Shown one piece after another: positions 59,181-64,000 of a stretch of DNA of 64,000 nucleotides. The DNA lies in NCBI GenBank assembly GCA_036785375.1, contig JAWMAR010000932.1, positions 310,001 to 374,000 on the forward strand. The letters run 5' to 3'. The notes under the pieces were generated by a model that saw only the letters and a program-made list of their open reading frames with translations, made no database searches and was not told the origin of the DNA. Source of the DNA: Leucoraja ocellata. Its lineage: Eukaryota. Position 1 is the first letter of the stretch, and each line of letters starts with the position of its first letter. The position numbers were made by a program, and so were the translations under genes.

Positions 59181-60451
59181 GTGCTTGCCGTGCACCATTA
59201 TTGTGAAGAAATGTTACGGTCGGTGCATTAAATTATGAATCAAATTTGAATTATTGCTAAACAAACTCAGTTGCAGGAAAAGTTTAATTTTACGTGTAAA
59301 ATTTCAGGTTTTCAGAATTTAATTATTCTAGGTGATTTTCTAAAAATATATATTGAAGTTTTCTTTTTACTCCATGTTTATAAGTGTTCATAAGTTCATA
59401 TATGATAGGAGTAGAATTAGGCCGTTCAGCCCCTTCGTCTCCTCCGCCATTCAATCATGGCTGATCTATAGTTTATGTCCATTTCGCCCCACTTTAGTTT
59501 GCGCTCAGTTTTATATTGAATTTCAGATTTTCCAGGACTGGGTTGCTTCAACCTGTTCAGTAATCTGCTCTGGACAAGCACTATATGCTGCAAAGGTTCT
59601 CCAGCAAAAAACCTAATTAACTCAGGCATTTCGGAATCTTCTCATAACATTCACAGGTCATGTCGCGTACTGCATATTGACAATGCAGTTCTCCTGCGCG
59701 ATCGCATTCAAATCTGACTGATTGTGGAGAGGATTTTTAAACGTAACGTACGGACTTTTGAATATCCTTGCTGTGGTCCATGATTATTTGGGGTCCGCGA
59801 GGAAGGTGGGACGGTCATAAAATCTGCCCCTAATTATTAATATAAACAGTAAGACCAACAATGCGAAAATAACACATTTGATAAAAAAAAACTAAACTGT
59901 ATTACATTACTTTAGTGATGTTGAACAGAAACAACTATCTAAATACAAATTTATAAACTAACGACTTACATTAAAAATATCATTTTAATACTAATGCATT
60001 TCCAGATGGCAGGCAGCTCTCGCGATCATCCTCACATTTCAATCGCGGCATTAGAGTACATTTTTAGGAAATCGCTGAGTGTTCTGTGCGTAATAAGCAG
60101 CCGTGATCAGATGTCTCTGCAATTGACATATGAGATTTTGTGTACTTCATTTCGGATTGAACTTTTTGCAATATGCTCTCGTTTGGCAAAGAGCCACAGA
60201 TTTTATTTGACATGCAGTTAGGTCTTATGTTTCATTTCACAGAATTAGCAGTTGCGATCAAATTCCAAATTTCAGATGATCTCCTAAAGGTTTATTTTCT
60301 CGTCAGGAAATGTGGTTTCGGCTGCGTAAGCATTCCTTACCTTAATCGACTCCGCTGAATAAAAATCTGTACTGCAACTGTAATTAAAAAAAAAAACTAG
60401 TTTATACCCACGTCATTAGTTTAAAAAAGGTATTATTTACGGAACATTTCA

Positions 60452-60745
60452 TTCACTTTAGACATACAGCCATTGGGCCACCGAGTCCGCGATCACCCAC
60501 CCCGTACACTAGCACTATCGTAGACTATAGGGACAATTTACAATTAACATAAACCAATTAACCTAAAAACCTGCAGACGTTTAGAGTGTGGTGGTGGGGG
60601 GGTGGGGGAGAGGGGGGGGACGGACCGAAGCACCAGGAGAAACTCCATGCCGGCACAGGGAGAACGTACAAACTCAGTACAGACAGCATCCCTCGTCTTT
60701 GGCGCCGTCAGGTAGCAACTTCACCGCTGCGCCACTATACACCCC
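60452..60745 (-). mobile_element. V-SINE (HE1-like), splitting the duplicated non-coding block
   Basis: TTTAGACATACAGC...AGGGACAATTTACA...GAGAACGTACAAACTC...ACCGCTGCGCCAC. Confidence 0.8.
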
Positions 60746-61194
60746 CTTATTTACAAAATATTTTCCATTTAATTCTGCATTCCAACATTACGTTAAACGC
60801 GGAGGGATGTCTAAATTAATAATTTGCAATATAAACAAAGATAAACATAAGATTACACATTATAATAAGGTAAAAGTGCATACGTCAATGAGTGATGATT
60901 CCACAACAGAAGCCCTAGATGTTCTGTTGGGCAACCTATATAGAGAAAGCGCCTTGCTTGTTCAGCAATCCAGTTCCTATTTCGTAATTGAAAAGTCTGA
61001 CGAACAGATTTGGTTATTGGAGTAAGTGGCGTTATCACACGTCAGGATAAAATTAGAGAAGCAGTATCAGTAGTTTTGTGTCAATCCGCTGGTCAGCACA
61101 TCTCCAAAACAAACCACGTGAATGACTCGGGTGCTAATTTGTATCGTGCATGAACTTCTAATTTAGGTTTAATGTGCGCAATTGATATCTCGTA

Positions 61195-61490
61195 GTTGGA
61201 ACGGTATAACGCAAGGACAGGCCCTTTGGCCCGCATTGCCTGTGCTGGACATGATGGCAAGACCATCTCTTATCTACCTGTGTATAATCCATATCCCTCC
61301 ATTCCCTGCATATCCATATGCCTATAGAATAACCTCTTAAACACCACTATCCTACCTGCCTTAACAACTGGCAGTGCCTTCCAGACACTCACCCTCTGTG
61401 GGAAAAAATGCTCCGAAAATCTCTTTAAAACCACACCCCTCCCACCTTAAACCCTCTTCTATTTGATTTCTCCATCCCGGGAAAAAGGTA
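61195..61490 (-). mobile_element. CR1 3' tail fragment
   Basis: ACAGGCCCTTTGGCCC...CCATATCCCTCCATTCCCTGCATATCCAT...GGCAGTGCCTTCCAG. Confidence 0.75.
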
Positions 61491-61491
61491 C

Positions 61492-61930
61492 TGACACAAA
61501 AAGCTGACACAAAAGACACAAAAAGCTGGAGTAACTCAGCAGGACAGGCAGCATCTCTTGAGAGACGTATGGGTGATGTTTTGGGTTGAGACCCTTCTTC
61601 AGGCTGTCTGCCCTATCTTTGTCTCTCATCATTTTATATAGTACATTTATTTCCCCTCTTTACAAAATTCGTGCAGTGAATTTTTTTGATTACTATATAC
61701 ACCTGCATCAGTACTGTGGGTCTACTTGTGGATTACTTCTCAATAAAATTAGCAGAAATTTCCCCCTCTATATTTCCTATTGACCACATAGCCCTCAGTG
61801 CAGGAATGTACCTCGCATTTCCTTTTCTCCTGACTCTCAGAAGGGTGGACCAGAAACATCACCTATTCCTTTTCTCCAGAGATGCTGTCTGACCCGCTGA
61901 GTTACTGCAGCTTTTTGTGTCTATCTGCAG
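61492..61930. mobile_element. Fold-back Penelope-derived element with ~230-nt spacer
   Basis: GACACAAAAAGCTGGAGTAACTCAGC (61515) and GCTGAGTTACTGCAGCTTTTTGTGTC (to ~61922). Confidence 0.78.
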
Positions 61931-61944
61931 ATAGATAACAATAT

Positions 61945-62880
61945 CTCCTCCTCCCTGACCTTCCCTAACACAGGTGTGCTTCAAGGCCAGACGTTTGGTC
62001 TCCTGCTCTACTTTCTTTACACCGATGACTGTGTGGCTAGCTAGCCACTAATTTACAAATGACACCACTTTCCTTGGCTGAGTCATAGGTAGTGATATGT
62101 CAGCATACAGGACAGAGACAGAACACCTGGGTGAATGATGCCACAACAACAACCTCACTCTACGTCAACCATACCAAGGATCGAATCATTGACTTCAGAA
62201 AGGGGAAGTTGGGAGACCACATGCAGTTTTCATTGGTGGGTCAGTGGTGGGGGGTGTTAGCAACTTCAAATTCCTGGGTGTTCATATTTTGGATGATTGG
62301 GGGCCAGCACATAGATGTAATCATGAAGATAGTGTGCCAAGGCCTCTACTTTCTTGGATGGTTAAAAGGATTTGGAGCATCACCGAATACTCTAACAAAC
62401 TTCTACACTTCTGCACCGCAGAAGGTATCTTAACTGGTTGCTTCATGGCCTGCTGCGGCAATCCCAATGCACTGGAATGCAAAAGAGGCAGCGAAGAGAA
62501 ATGGACTCAGCCCAGTCCATCATGGGCATAGCTCTCCCCACCATCAAAAGCATGTACCTTGGATGCTACCTGAAGAAGGTGTCATCTATCATTCAGGATA
62601 CCCACCCATCTTACCCCTGCCCTCTTCTCACTGCTACTATTGGGCTGGAGGTACAGAAGCCTAAAGTCTCATATCACCCAGTTTAGAAACACTTACTATA
62701 CAATAACCATTAGGTCCTTGAACTGACCTGCACAACCTTAATCCTACCTCAGAAATGGAACACTATGGTCCAACTCTTGCACGATCATGGACTTGATTTC
62801 TAACTGTTCTTTACACTGATGTCTTGGTTTTTGTATATTTTTTTTCTTTTCATTATTTTGTAGGCTTGGTACAATTAATG
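61945..62880 (+). mobile_element. Rex1/Babar-type LINE, decayed RT and 3' region
   Basis: TGVLQG...LLLYFLYTDDCVA; VNHTKDRIIDFRK; VSNFKFLGVHI; LYFLGWLKGFG; LTNFY; ILTGCFMA; IIQDTHP. Confidence 0.8.
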
Positions 62881-62888
62881 TATAAGAG

Positions 62889-62940
62889 ATATATATATAT
62901 ATATAATATATGTAGATATATATAATATATAATATATATA
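62889..62940. repeat. (AT)n low-complexity tract
   Basis: Directly visible. Confidence 0.9.
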
Positions 62941-62957
62941 CAAATAAACTTTTTAAT

Positions 62958-63305
62958 AAGTTTAGTTTAGAGATACAATGCAGAAACAGGCCCTCTGGCC
63001 CACCAGGTAGACACAAAATGCTGGAGTAACTCGGCGGGTGAGGCAGCATTTCTGGAGAGGAGGAATGGGCGATGATTAGGGTCGAGACCCTTCTTCAGGC
63101 TGCTTCCTCTCTCACTGCTCCCCATTTGGCCCACCAAGTCTGTACTGACCAGTGATCCCTGCACACATACACTATCCTACACACACTAGGGACAATTTAC
63201 AATTATACCAATCCAAATAACCTACAAATCTGTACGTCATTGGAGTGTGGGAAGAAACCAGAGATCTCAGAGAAAACCCACGCAGGTCACGGGGAGAACA
63301 TACAA
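62958..63305 (-). mobile_element. V-SINE (HE1-like) containing an inserted Penelope-derived half element (~63008-63125)
   Basis: Tail AGTTTAGTTTAGAGATAC; TGGCCCACCA repeated at ~62996 and ~63128 around GACACAAAATGCTGGAGTAACTC...GAGACCCTTCTTCAG. Confidence 0.82.
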
Positions 63306-64000
63306 CATTTGGTGTTTAAGTTTGTGTGCCTAAATTAAATTCCAAAAGTGTGTACTGAAATATATTGTATGGATATTGTCCAAAAGTGGAAAAAATAATT
63401 ATCTTCCTTCTAATGGCTACCATTACGAAGGTCATTAAAATAATTTACCCTAATTCCCATCTGCACCTTTATTTTTTGTACTGGACACAGCTCGAGTGAA
63501 CTGAAGAAACAGCTGAGTTTTATTTGTAACCCGTTTCCTACCTATTTCCATAATCCAAGATTTTACATCCAAATAAGGTTGATATCTCCAAACTCATTGA
63601 TTGCCTATCCGCAATTTAAACAGTATTCTGAAAGGGCAGTCCTATCTTAACTTTATTACCATTTGAAGATTAAAGAAAGGCTTCCCTTTTAGCATTAAAT
63701 AAATAAACAAAATAATAATGAGTTGTTAGATGCAGATAAAACAATTCTTGAAAATCTGGAAATAAGAGAGACAGCTGGAAATACCCAGTACTCTGAGAAT
63801 AAACCAAACTAGTCGTTCTACTGATGCCCTTTTTAAGACTGGAAACTGGTGGATGCTGTCCCGTTTCCATGGGATTTAACATTGGGGTAGAGAAGCATCT
63901 TCAAGTAAGGATGGTCTGAGAAAAATCTGAGATAAAATTGAAGAAATTGGATTTTACATAAATTAACAAATTTTATCCATCCAGCATAGCCATTCTTTGC

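Overview
Vertebrate genomic DNA, most likely a cartilaginous fish (inferred from its V-SINE/HE1-like, CR1 and Penelope-like repeats). It holds two tandem, same-strand, fast-skeletal-type sarcomeric myosin heavy chain paralogs. Gene A is 5'-truncated by the window edge (31 coding exons, 120-15681). Gene B is complete: muscle-type promoter near 34850-34950, two probable non-coding exons and 39 coding exons (36345-54850; 5805 nt, 1934 aa by my exon sum). Introns and intergenic DNA are dense with CR1 LINE fragments, SINEs and other retroelements. Main points beyond the genes: (1) a dispersed family of short fold-back elements carrying minimal hammerhead-ribozyme cores, one with a clean 12-bp target-site duplication and a core on each strand, plus Penelope GIY-YIG remnants nearby; (2) patchy gene conversion between the paralogs that spares actin-binding loop 2; (3) a collinear duplicated CpG-rich non-coding block downstream of each gene; (4) a shared GC-AG intron; (5) a young sense-oriented polyadenylated retro-insertion in intron 39 of gene B. 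All alignments were done by eye, so repeat boundaries are approximate.
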